From Mytilus californianus (lineage: Eukaryota), in assembly GCF_021869535.1 (NCBI RefSeq), contig NW_026262690.1:24800001-24864000 (forward strand): DNA of 64,000 nucleotides, in the 5' to 3' direction. Of this stretch, positions 1-11,647 are shown one piece after another. The position numbers and the translations under genes are program-made. Numbering within the stretch: the first letter of the stretch is position 1; each line of letters begins with the position of its first letter. Under the pieces are notes generated by a model that was not told the DNA's origin, did not search any database, and saw only the letters and a list, made by a program, of their open reading frames with translations.

Positions 1-3000
1 AGGTGTCTTAAACAAAATGATTCGGAAGTAAAATATCTTTTTGGGTATGACTGTTGCTCATATTAAATTTTACAAAGACTATGTGTAAAATTACCATTTT
101 TCCATCAATATAAATTGAATGTTTATGACAACACAAATGTCATTTCTTCAGACTTTATTTAACAACAAACACAACACGATTTAGAAGAATTGAAACTTTA
201 GTATTTTTGCAATTTAAGTGACCAAACAATGGCAACTAAAAGCCTTTGATTTACACAATTCTACAAATAATTCCTTTTTTTCATAGTTATGGTTATAGAG
301 ATGAGGTTAGGTTAACAATATCAAACTTCAGAAATCAGAAAAAAGTTACCCCTTTTTATCAGGAGAAAAATGTGGTTATTTTTATTTTAGTTGTTGGTTA
401 TTTTGTCATCAGTCGCACGAACTTATGCTTGCAAAATTACTTTGAGTTCTAATACACATTCTTTTTTATGATTTTTTATTACTAGCCTTAGGTATGGACA
501 CATGTATTCTAATTGTTGAAAAATATATGTGGAATTCTAGATTTAGTTTATATCTAGGTGGCTTTTAATTTTGATGCTGTGATCGTCATTGGTTTCGATA
601 ACAAATTTCAGTTCAACATTTGACATTTAAGTCGTTCAACGCAGCAGAAGGTATTAATGATTCTAAATAAAGAATAAATGATCGTTTGCTTCAAGTCCAG
701 TGGCAAATATTTCATGTATATTTAAGAGGTTATTGCAATTTGAAAGCGACGTGAAGTAATCAATGGATTTGTAAACACCACCCCTCGTCTTCACAGAAAT
801 GATTTTCATTGAATCTAAAAAAAACAAAAATAAATATTTTACAACAGTTAAGAAAGTTTTATTGTGAATACAAAAGAAGGAAGAAAAGAAATAGTGTGTT
901 TTAATTCCTGTGACTTACCGTCAGTTTTTCAATCCACATCTTTATTATCCAAGTCTAAAATCCGATATCAAAATATTTACTTTTATTTGGTTTTATATAT
1001 GTTGCTTCCCAAAATATTTCAAGTTCATTTAAGTTCTTTATCCTCGATGAAAACATTCATTGTGAAGGAGTACCGGCTAATTGTTTATTATCTATTACTA
1101 ATGGCATGTGGTTTAAGATGAGGTAATCACTATACTACATCTGTATCTTTATGTCCGGATACACATCATCCTTTTTGTTAGGACCTTTAGTGAACGTATA
1201 TTCCCTTATTAGTGTACGTTTGTTGTAATATACGTATCATTTATATACCATTTCTTAGTAAACAATTGTTATACTTAGCAATAAGAGTTCTTAAAAACTA
1301 CGACACATCGAACTTGTGTATGATCCACTTAAAAATAATTAAAAAAAAAACTCGAAGTGTTGCTGCATTTGTCTCGCTATTTTAAGGCACAATTGGTGCA
1401 CATAGAAAAAAGAGAGGCGGAAGATACCAAAGTGATATACACCTGTCCTAAGTCAGGAACCTGATGTTCAGTGGTTGTCGTTTGTTGATGTGGTTCATAA
1501 GTGTTTCTCGTTTCTCGTTTTTTATATAGATTAGACCGTTGGTTTTCCTGTTTGCATGGTTTTACACTAGTCATTTTGGGGGCCCTTTATAGCTTGCTGC
1601 TCGGTGTGAGCCAAGGCTCCGTGTTGAAGGTCGTACGTTGACCTATAATGGTTTACTTTTACAAATTGTGACTTGGATGGAGAGTTGTCTCATTGGCACT
1701 CATACCACATCTTCTTATATCTATCACAAGTCGAAGACAAACTGAAAACGCCAGACGAAAAGCAATAAACAAAGAAAAGACAAGCAACAGTCTGCAAACC
1801 ATATAAACTGAGCAACACTAAACCACCCCAAAAACCGGGTTGATCTCAGGTGTTCCGGAAGGGTTAACAAATTCTGTTCCACACCCTGTGACACCTATAA
1901 ACAATGTTGATAAGTAATAGAAAGTGATTAGACATCACGCCATAGCCAATTGTAAATTGATTTTTATATACCCTAAGAATTCACCATATTTTAATAAATT
2001 CAGTCTGAAAAGTCATCGTTGTCCTTTTTTTACATTTAGTAGTCCGCATTTCATTATAAATTCACATGAAAAGTTAAAACATTTTTTTCTAATTTTAAGT
2101 CATACTAAAGATAATTATTTTATATAGCCCTCCTCTTTGTTAAACTGGTACAATACAGTAATATTTATCTAACCAAAAATATATTTGCTTATGTCCATCT
2201 TCAAATGATTATCTTCTTAACCTATTTTACAATACAAGAGTCAGAAAAAAGTCATTTTGTTTAATTCTTGCAAAGTTTAGGATAATTACTCCTTGTCTTT
2301 GACCTTTCATTAAAGATATAGCATAAATTTGTCGACTGGGAAAGGCAAAAAGGACAGATAATAAGCTGTCAAATGGTTTATATAGGTGTGTGTTAAACGA
2401 ACGCACTAAATTTCTTCACAAGGCGTCTTTTTGAAAAATGTCCCTCGACTATGATGTTCGGTTTGCTCATTCATTTTTTTTTTACATGAAACTGATATCA
2501 ATTTGCTTATTTAAAGTTTGAAACATGATCAAAATATTCAATTATACTTATTCTTTTCTATGTTAGAATGTTGGGCATAAAAATAATGTGGATATTCAAA
2601 ATATGTAGTTTTAAGATGTTTGTGGCGTTGCTATATAAACTTGCGGTATTGGTTTTTCTCATTTTTTTTAAGGCCGTAGGGTGCCCGATAGTTGCTTAAC
2701 AAAGCATTTTTACGCATGTCTCAAGTTAGGAACCTTTAGCTGTTGGTTTTGTGTGTTTTTTTTTTTAATTTTGGTTCATTTGTAATTGGAGTTTAGTGTG
2801 GCGTCCATTTCGCTGAACTACTATACATTATTGTTTTGGGGCTGCGTTAAATATGTTTGATAAAAAGTAAAATAACAAAAATACCCAACTCGAAGGAAAA
2901 TTCAAAACGGAAATTCCCTTATCAAATGGCAAAATCAAAAGCGCAAACACATCAAACGAATGGAAAACAACTGTCATATTCCTAACTTGGTACAGGCATT

Positions 3001-3099
3001 TCCTTATGAAGAAAAATATAATTTCTGGACATGGCTTTCTGGTGATTTAAAAGAAATGAAGTGTTTACAATCCAATAAACTCTCAGCTTTACATGAACA

Positions 3100-3276
3100 T
3101 TATACATTTTTTGTTAGATCTCAACCCTGCCCATTTACCTCTTGCCAATGTGGAATAAATAAACACACAGCAATACGCCCAGTAAAACTCAGTTTGAAAG
3201 AAGTCCGAGTCCGATGTTAAAATAAGTAAGAGAAGAAACTAAGCAAAATGACAATGATCAACATAAATTAACAAAT
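3100..3276 (-). repeat. Dispersed fragment of the 3' UTR of the Sec-type Naiad element, ending at the twister cleavage position
   Basis: Reverse complement aligns by eye to 58440-58612 (CATCGGACTCGGACTTCT...CTGAGTTTTACTG...CATTGGC.AGAGGTA...GGGTTGAGATCT...ATGT.TAA), then diverges. Confidence 0.85.
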
Positions 3277-3802
3277 TGATTTGTTTGTTACTGATCATAT
3301 ACCACTTTTTGGGTCTTTGAGAAATAAAAACTTAAAAAATGAAACTTGGATAATGATCTGAGTGAAACTGTCGACTATAAGTCTTTGATTGGTGGTTCAT
3401 TGTGACAAACCTATCTTTCAGTAACAACACATATTGCAGCAATAAATCTGATACTATTAAATGTTTAATAAGTATCTAATGAGATTGTTGTCGTATCATG
3501 AACTTCTATCCATATCCCCTCGCATCATGTTGTACCATCTTCATTTAACAGCAATAACAACAGGAAATAGTTTCAGAATTAACATACCTTTATATTTTGT
3601 TTCAAGTCAATTATTTGGTGGTAGATTATAGAATTGTATAATCATGGTTTATAGACGAGTTGATTATTCCCAGCTGTTAAATGGTGCTGATGACTTTTCT
3701 TAACCCGTTTCTGCATAACCCGTTACTCGACATTAAATATCGGTTAAGAGGTCACAAAACATATAGGTTAGATAAAGTTGCGTGCTTGCAGTTTAATAAG
3801 AA

Positions 3803-5298
3803 ATGTGTCACGTGAAATACAAGTTGAATCACAGTCTTAGTAATTGCTCCTCGTGGCAACAGCTTTTAAAACTTATTCTCAAAACAAATGAAAAACACTG
3901 TTTACAAAGATATAAGTTATGCCTCCAAGTAAAAAAACGGATTCCGACGAAACGGAAATCCCGTTTCCAGCCATATAGTACTGAAACTGTTGTTACAAAA
4001 ACTAATTCTGAGAGAACAAAAACCGAAATGGTGGACGAACTGTCTAAAATTGGTTTCAAAGTGCCTACAAATCTGACTTTAAACGTTGTTAAAACTCTGT
4101 ATACAGAAAACATTGGTAACAAAAACAGTGATGCTCGCGTAGAAGCCATCGATAATATTTTAAGTGCAACAGACAGTTTTCCATCTGATACGCAAACTGC
4201 TTCAACAGAGACTCAAAACCGTGAAAGCATTGACATTACTTCTTCTGCTACGGAACATGTTAACACAAATATATTAGTGGCTGCTTTTAACACTATGTCA
4301 CAATGCGTGAACGGCCTTCAGAAATCTGTCGATACCCTGATGACAGAGAAGCTGTATGATACTAGCAAACCGTATAATCTACATCAATGGTACAATTCCA
4401 GTAATACCGCACCGTCGATACAAAACACACCGGATGCGTTAGTTCATGGATTAAATAGAACAGGAGTTCGTTCTGACGATTTTCCCAATGTCGACATAGT
4501 TTCTACAGCATTACAGAAACAAATAATACAGGGTAAGGACATTAACTTAGCTTCTCTCCTTATTCCTAGTTTCGAGAGTCCCCAGTCACATACCATTTTG
4601 GCAGACGGTATGGAAATTAATGTAGGGAATAAGCCAGACCCGCGTTTAAATCGACAACTAACCATCCAGGAATTCATAAAGGCCTTCGGAAAATTCAAGC
4701 GTGTAATGACATCTGCTTTTCCAGGTAGGAGATTTGAATTAGACGCCTACGAGGAGGATATCATAGAGATCAGTAATTTTTACGGTCAGAAGTTCTACGA
4801 CTACCATAAATTGTTTTCAGCAAAAGCCTCGACCCTTCTTCAAGAGAAACAAATTAAAGTCGATTGGAGCAAAAGGGATCGCGACCTGATGATCTTGATA
4901 GGTGCGGGCGTTGAAATAAATATTTGCAAACTTTGTCACATGGTTGACCATGACACAAAATTCTGTCCATTGCAATTATCAGAGAAAAACGTATCTACCC
5001 CACATCTAACGAAAAATAGCGGTAATTCTGATATTCGTGGTAGGAAGCGTTTTTATCACAACGGAAAAGAAATTTGCAATAATTTCAATAGCATGTCTGG
5101 CTGTAATAAAGACGGTCGATGCCTTTTCTTACACATGTGCTCCAATTGTCGTAACTATGATCATAGCGTAACCGCCTGTCATCGTCAATCTTCGCATAAC
5201 GATAGCGAAAAAAAAATAGAAAGAACCACGCTTTTAAAAACACTGTTGCTAAGACTGGTACTCCTGCATCAAAGCACAGCTTCGGTTCCGAAAAATGA
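3803..5298 (+). CDS. Gag-like ORF1 with C-terminal Cys/His knuckles; apparent frameshift in an A9 run at 5208-5216
   Basis: GKDINLASLL, YDYHKLFSAKA, CKLCHMVDHDTKFC and CNNFN...C...C...H.C..C...H motifs, typical of YR-retrotransposon Gag. Adding one A to the run gives the tail NRKNHAFKNTVAKTGTPASKHSFGSEK ending at TGA 5296-5298. Confidence 0.75.
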
Positions 5299-6932
5299 CT
5301 ATCAAATGTTAACTTCCCCCTACATGCTACTACTCCGATTAACGTAGAAGTATTACAAAATGAACTTAGAAATCACAGTGACAAATCTTTTGTATTTTAT
5401 TTATGCAATGGTTTAAAATATGGTTTTGACACTAAAGTTTCTGTGACTAGTTTACCAACCCTTGAATGTCGTAATAATTTGTCTGCACGATCACAACCGA
5501 ACGTAGTAAATGAATTGTTAAGGAAGGAGTGTGAAAATGGTTTTATGTACGGGCCTTTTGATACACTTCCATTTTCAAGTTACCGTGTCAGTCCGTTGGG
5601 AGTTGCGGAAGGAAAATATTCAAAGAAAAAACGACTTATATTGGATTTATCGGCACCTCATCAAAGTGATACTCATTTTAGCATCAATGAATTAATTGAC
5701 AAAGACATCTGCTCTATGTCATACGTTAAGATCGACAACGCTATAGATATTATCCTGAAATACGGAAAAAATTCCTGGTTATGTAAGTACGACATTTCCA
5801 ATGCATTCAAAAATTGTCCTATTTTACCTTCACAATGGCCTTTGTTTTGCATTAAATGGGAGGAAAAATATTATTTCTATGTGCGATTAACTTTCGGTTG
5901 CCGATCTAGTCCCATTATATTCGATACTTTGTCACAAGCAATATGTTATATTGCCACAAACAATTACAAGGTCAATAACATTTTACACCTGTTAGACGAT
6001 TTCTTAACTATAGATCCGCCACACGCTGACGGAGAGCGATCAATGGCATTAATGATGATGATTTTTAAACGCTTAAATGTTCCAATAGCGATGCACAAAA
6101 CTGTTGGCCCTGTAACGTGTCTTGAATATCTTGGCATCATTCTCGATTCACAAAAAATGGAAGCCCGTTTACCGCAGGAAAAAGTTGATCGAATTTGTGA
6201 GTTTATTTCAAGTATAAGTGTCAAATCCTCTTGTTCTAAGAGAGAAGTTCTACAGCTGCTTGGGCATTTAAATTTTGCCTCAAGAGTTATATTACCGGGC
6301 AGGTCATTTGTGTCTTATCTAATCAATTTATCAACCAAAGCAAAAGAATTACATCATTATGTGCGTTTAAATAAAGAATGTCGGATAGATCTTGAATTTT
6401 GGTTTCGATTTCTAAAGAATTGGAATGGAATTAATATGTTTTATAATTCTTCATATATATCTAATTACGATATGGAATTATTCACAGATGCATCGTCAAC
6501 TATAGGTTTTGGTGGATATTTTGGTGGAAAGTGGTTTTATTCTTCATGGCCGACCGAAATAAAAAACATCACAAACAGTAAACATTCAATGGCATTTCTT
6601 GAATTGTACCCAATCGTTGTGGCAGCTGTTTTATGGGGCGCCTCATGGAAAACAAAAAAAAAGTGTTATTTTGGTCTGATAATATGTCTACAGTCGAGAT
6701 TATAAGGAAAGGCAGATCAAAATGTTTGTATATTATGAAGTTAATGAGAAAATTAACATGGTGCGCGTGTACAAACAACTTCTTTTTTAGTGCAAAACAC
6801 GTGCCAGGTTTACAAAACGATATAAGTGATGCCTTATCTCGATTTCAGATACAACGATTCAGAGCCCTGGCACCAGATGCAGACCCCTTTCCGGAACCGT
6901 GTCCCAAAATCTCAGATGTAATATGGTGTTAA
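5299..6932 (+). CDS. Reverse transcriptase + RNase H (pol); apparent frameshift in an A9 run at 6654-6662
   Basis: The frame is open from 5299 (TPINV...GL..GF). Motifs: KKRLILDLS, KYDISNAF, LTFGCRSSPIIF, HLLDDFL (5989-6000), LEYLGI, RNaseH FTDASS / ELYPIV, then WSDN / HVPGLQNDISDALSR in the -1 frame (track ORF 6633-6932). Confidence 0.9.
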
Positions 6933-7927
6933 AACAAACTGTCGAACAACTATGGACGACATCTATATCTAAAAGGACTAAGGACGTGTATGATATTGGT
7001 TTCATGCATTTTAAGAGATATTTACTGTTAAATAATGTGACATTTACAAATAATTTGGCCCCAGTTTCGGAAGAAATCCTCATATATTTTGTTGCCCATT
7101 GTCAAACAGTTCTGAAACTTCATTATTCTACCATTAAACTTTATCTCTGTGGAATCAGGTACAACTACTTGAAGGAAAATTGTAGTGATCCCTTAGAACT
7201 ATATAACGGCAAACCATTTCCTAGGCTTACATTGATCTTAAATTCTGTCAAACGATCTCAAAATCAAAACAAGAGAGTAAGGCTACCTATCACTTTTGAT
7301 ATTCTTGAACAAATTATAAAGAGATTACGAAAGGGAGTTTTTTCAAAGTTCATTGACCTCATGATAGAAACAGCTAGCGTGATTTCTTTCTTTGGCTTTC
7401 TCCGATGCGGAGAAATAACTGTTATCAAATCCGAACAATTTGAACCTGCAATTAATTTATGTATATCAGACATTTCATTCACAGACAATGTTGCTAACTT
7501 TCACTTGAAACAGTCAAAAACTGATCCATTCCGTAAGGGTATAGATATTCAGCTACACAAAATTAATAGTCATAGTTGTCCTTATCGTGTTTTAAAAAGA
7601 TATTTAGAGATCAGGAAAACGTTTATGTCGTCTTATCAAAACACTGACCCTCTTTTTGTATCAATTGGCAATTTAGCCATGGAAAGAGAATTCTTTATAA
7701 CAAAAGTCAGACATGTTCTTGAGTTATGCGGTTATGATCCTAAAAACTTTTCAGGTCATTCATTTAGAATAGGTGCTGGAACCGCAGCTGGTCAGGCTAA
7801 CATAGAGGATCACATGATCAAAACATTAGGTCGTTGGTCTTCAGATTGCTATGTGCGTTATATTCGCACTCAACCAACCTCTATAAAACATGCACAACAG
7901 CAGCTTGCTGAATCTATTTATCATTGA
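6923..7927 (+). CDS. Tyrosine recombinase (integrase) of the YR retrotransposon
   Basis: Catalytic motifs FFGFLRCGE, LKQSKTDPF, GHSFRIGA and LGRWSSDCYVRYIR. ATG at 6923 overlaps the pol stop. Confidence 0.95.
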   Translation: MVLKQTVEQLWTTSISKRTKDVYDIGFMHFKRYLLLNNVTFTNNLAPVSEEILIYFVAHCQTVLKLHYSTIKLYLCGIRYNYLKENCSDPLELYNGKPFPRLTLILNSVKRSQNQNKRVRLPITFDILEQIIKRLRKGVFSKFIDLMIETASVISFFGFLRCGEITVIKSEQFEPAINLCISDISFTDNVANFHLKQSKTDPFRKGIDIQLHKINSHSCPYRVLKRYLEIRKTFMSSYQNTDPLFVSIGNLAMEREFFITKVRHVLELCGYDPKNFSGHSFRIGAGTAAGQANIEDHMIKTLGRWSSDCYVRYIRTQPTSIKHAQQQLAESIYH

Positions 7928-10900
7928 TTATATTATAGTCAACTTCGATTTTATTGACAGGAGAACTGCATGGTTGCTTTATATGTATATTTTGTTTCTT
8001 TTGTTTACCTTATTATTGTGTTATTCGTTGACTTATTGAAGGTGATCCCGGGGGATTCCTCATTCTAAATACTTGGGGTCACTCAGACTCATCTGATTTC
8101 TCATCACTATTTCGTCAGAGTTTCTTGGCACCTTTTCAAATATTTCACTTATCATTCATAATTTTCATTCATTTTCCAAGCATTTTTCATTTAACATCTC
8201 CAACCTCAACTCAACACCTTAAAACATTGTAGCCCACCGTCACGCGGGGGCTGGTCCACTGCCACGCATGGGCCGTCAGATGAAGCTTCGCTTTGTCATT
8301 CTTTTGTCAGTTGTGTTGTTCAAGTTGAGTGTAGTGGCTTGTCAGCTGGTGTACTTTCCACGAAAGAATCGCTTCCTGACAAAGTCCTGGAGCAAAATTA
8401 TTCGTCAGATAGTTGAGTGATTTCCCAAGGCCAAACAATTTAATATGTTTTATATATTTAGTACAGAAAATACGTTTTCATTTTATTTAGTGTAATATTC
8501 ATAATAAATATATTACATTTACACCGTATTGTTAGTATCAATGGTTCCGTGACAAAGTTATTATTGAATCTACAGTCTGCTAACACTACACTAAGATAAC
8601 ATTCACCAGACAGGAACCTTTAACAAATTTGACCTTAAGATTTGTAACAGATGTTAAAGTTTTAAAACAGTGACGCTAATAAGCATATCGACACAGAATA
8701 ATTTCGCAGATTGATGTCCTGCGAAGATTCTCATACTAACTGATTGATTGATAATGGGAATAAAATAATTATTACAGAGACTGCAATGTCAAATTCCTCA
8801 CAAATCATATTGTGCTATTACACGTGTATAGCAAACTGCATAACATGAGACTTATGGTTTAATCGCCATTGAAACCAGCATCACAGTTTGAATACAACCT
8901 TTAATATTAAATTTTATATGATTTCACTTCGACTATTGAACTATATTTAGATAAACAAGATTATCATGTGGAAAACTGGCGTCATTTTCAGATATAAATT
9001 TATCGATTGATTAATTGGATTGGATGCTTACATGGTTGATTGGTTGTTGGTGTAGTTTCAGTGGCAAATATTTCATGCATATACACGACGGGAAAAACAT
9101 AAAATATATTTTGAAACAGAATTTCGACTATCAGTTTTACACAAACACACACTGGAAAAACGAATATATAAACTAACAGCCTAACTGGTGCATAAGTGAT
9201 CGCTGTGTCATGTTGTAAAAATGTGTGAAATTGTGAATTTTAGCATTTTCTTCTTTCTACATCGTATTTGGTATCAAAAGTCATTATTTCTTATGAGTAA
9301 TTAAGTTTTAATATTTTAATTAAGCAATAAATGCATTTTGTTCGGGAAACAAGATTTTGAACTATTTTCAAATAATTTTATAAAAGACATTTATTAGTCG
9401 TGTTGGCGTTACTAGGAAATATTTATGGATTAAGATTGGGATTATGTCGTGAGAATACTTTTTGACAACAATGGTCATCAATGTTATTTATTTGTCAACA
9501 CCCAAACTGTATATATATAGAGTGAATAATGTCAATTAACACTAAGTCTTAATTTAAAATGCTTTAAATTTTATATATTTCATTGTTTGGAAACTATTTG
9601 TTTATTAGTACCTTTTTCTATTTTCATTGATCAAAACGTTTCTATGATCATGTTTTATAAAGGTTAATTTCGAAACGAAAAGGTGGCAGAGAAAAAAAGA
9701 GAGAACCATGTGACGCACCGGTTCGCTCCGCTCCCGATCTGCGAGCAGCGGCGGGTTAATGTAGGTTGCCATGATTACTGTTTTGTAAATATGTTTTATG
9801 AACTGACTGTATATATGTTGGATGGAAAAATAAAGTATATGAACGTTCATGTATCCAGTCTCATGTATTGATTTACAATAACTTCTCGGTATATGGAACC
9901 GTTGTCATCAGAAATTGGAATAAGTTTGTTGGATTGTAAAACACTGTTATTTATCTCTGATGGAATGGATTTACCAAAAACGAAACACACAAACGAACCA
10001 AACACCAAATTATAATCAACTATTTTAATTACGCCAAACAACGATTTTCTAAACACGTCAGCTGCAACCAAAATGGAAACGGAACGTGTTGTGACAAGTA
10101 TTTATCTCTGAAGATAATGCCCAACAACATGAATCTAACTTTCTAAATCTAGGTTAACCATTGGTGTCATATGCTTGTTGAAAATATTTGGTATATATAA
10201 TTCCACCGTTTACAAGAAATGTGGAACATGCAGTAGATATTTTGTCTGTCCAATGTTATTTCATTGCGACTGTCCTAGATTTTTACAACACAGTTGTATA
10301 ATTATAAGTTAGGTTTCTTTCAAAGCGATTTCTGTATTTAAATTTAGCAGGAACGCAAAGTTAAGCCGAATAGTTTTAACAGTTGTTATTATGACTATCA
10401 GAAGTCCATTACTAGGTCTTACTAGGTACTACGTCTGTTACTATTAAATTCATACAATCTATAAATCAAAACAATATTGTGCTCGTTTTGACATCATAGA
10501 AAACCGCTAAAATAGGATAGATATAAGTGCTTCCCCATAACACACAATCTTGAATAACAACGTACTATTCATCTTATTGTATAAGTTAATTGGTTCAAGT
10601 GTTTTCTAATCAACCGGAACATTCACAAGTGTTTTATCGTGTTCTGACACACGACCATTCTTGTATCAAGTTTGATTTAGAAATGCAGCTGACCGAATTA
10701 ATGTATTCTTTAACAAAATGAATGTATAAGGATGGTGTTTTAAAATTGTAATTCAAAGCATAACAAATGAATAACATATTTTCACTCGGAGAAAGCGGCT
10801 ATGCGTAACTTTAGATTTTAAGATGTAAGAATAATTATTTTCCTCCAGTGGTCCGTTATAAAAAGATTTTAACAAGAAACTCCGATACATGTACTTGTGT

Positions 10901-10934
10901 AATTTTAATTTATATATAGCTGTCATTTGTTAAA

Positions 10935-11290
10935 AATGTTCTTATGTTGTGCTGTTACTCCACTGTCCCAGGTTATGTGGGAGGGTTGGGCGCTCGAAAA
11001 CAGGTTTAATCCCGCCGCTTTATGTTTCTGTCTGTCCCAAGTCAGGAACCTGTAATGCAGTGGGTGTCGTTTGTTGTTCAATGTTGTGTATCATTTTTTT
11101 TTTTTTTTTTTGTGTATTGATTTTTTACATAAATCAGAACGTTAGTTTTCTTGTTTGCATTGTTTACATTTGTCATGTCGGGGTCTTTTATAGCTTGCTA
11201 TCCATATGGGTGACCCATAGTTGCTAACTTCAACGTAACTTGATCTTTGGTGGAAAGCTCATTGGCAATCATACCACAGTTCCTTATTTT
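10935..11290 (+). repeat. Dispersed repeat family B (twister-bearing, fixed 3' end TCATTGGCAATCATACCACA...)
   Basis: Similar by eye to 45195-45680, 1436-1725, 49140-49315 and 51760-51960. Short 3' pieces at about 13285, 43765 and 61020. Confidence 0.8.
10960..11063 (+). ncRNA. Type-P5 twister ribozyme copy (family B), P3 degenerate
   Basis: P5 CAGGU/ACCUG plus outer CCACUG/CAGUGG; GAGGG 10981-10985; UAA 11007-11009; CGCC; P4 UCUG/CAGG with loop UCCCAAGU. Confidence 0.7.
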
Positions 11291-11464
11291 AAATTGATAG
11301 AGATCATTTACATGCAGAAATGCCTTTCTTAGCCCTTGAAAAATTTTGGCAAATACAATTTAGCATATAATTGAGGAGTGTGCTAAGCCTTTTAAAACAA
11401 ATGTGTACTTTCTGATGCCATAATGGTTAATAAAGCAGTAATGGGTTTATATCTTTAATCATTC

Positions 11465-11647
11465 GGAGTTTAGTGTGATGTCCATTTTCCACTGAACTAG
11501 TATACATTATTGTTTAGGGACCAGCTGAAGCCCGTCTCCGGGTGAGGGATTTTCTCGCTGTGTTAAAGATCCATTGGTGGCCTTGGGCTGTTTTCGTTCT
11601 TTGATCTGGTCGTTGTCTCTTTGACACATTTCCATTCTCAATTTTAT
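11465..11647 (+). repeat. Dispersed copy of the 3'-terminal segment of the Sec-type Naiad
   Basis: Aligns to 58705-58895, same terminus TTCCATTCTCAATTTTAT. A minus-strand copy lies at 22431-22580 and a short piece at about 13378-13410. Confidence 0.85.

Larger units (their letters stand above)
3803..8432 (+). mobile_element. Ngaro-like tyrosine-recombinase (DIRS order) retrotransposon; termini not defined
   Basis: Gag-like, RT-RNaseH and tyrosine recombinase ORFs in order. No methyltransferase ORF lies between RNaseH and YR, which favours Ngaro over DIRS1. A structured non-coding tail runs to about 8432. No left terminal repeat was found. Confidence 0.85.

Noticed and set aside
246-3220. Short 60-110 aa track ORFs here and elsewhere in the window
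   Set aside because: Many start at GTG/TTG, have low-complexity AT-driven composition or overlap repeats, and show no domain or splice support.
3300-3800. Left terminal repeat (ITR or split direct repeat) of the YR element
   Set aside because: No match to the 3' tail longer than about 11 nt was found by eye, so element ends remain undefined.
5208-5216. Programmed -1 frameshift at the A9 run as the route to Pol
   Set aside because: A -1 shift reaches TGA 5296 after about 27 codons, so it would not by itself produce Pol. A one-base loss in the run is simpler.
3829-7488. Minus-strand ORFs inside the YR retrotransposon (3829, 4444, 5964, 6569, 6859, 7264)
   Set aside because: Antisense shadows of gag, pol and YR with no motifs.
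8041-8100. HDV-like ribozyme (GGA-UUCCUCA-UUC resembles P3/L3)
   Set aside because: P3 is not followed directly by the P1 3' strand, and there is no P1.1 GG or J4/2 catalytic C arrangement.
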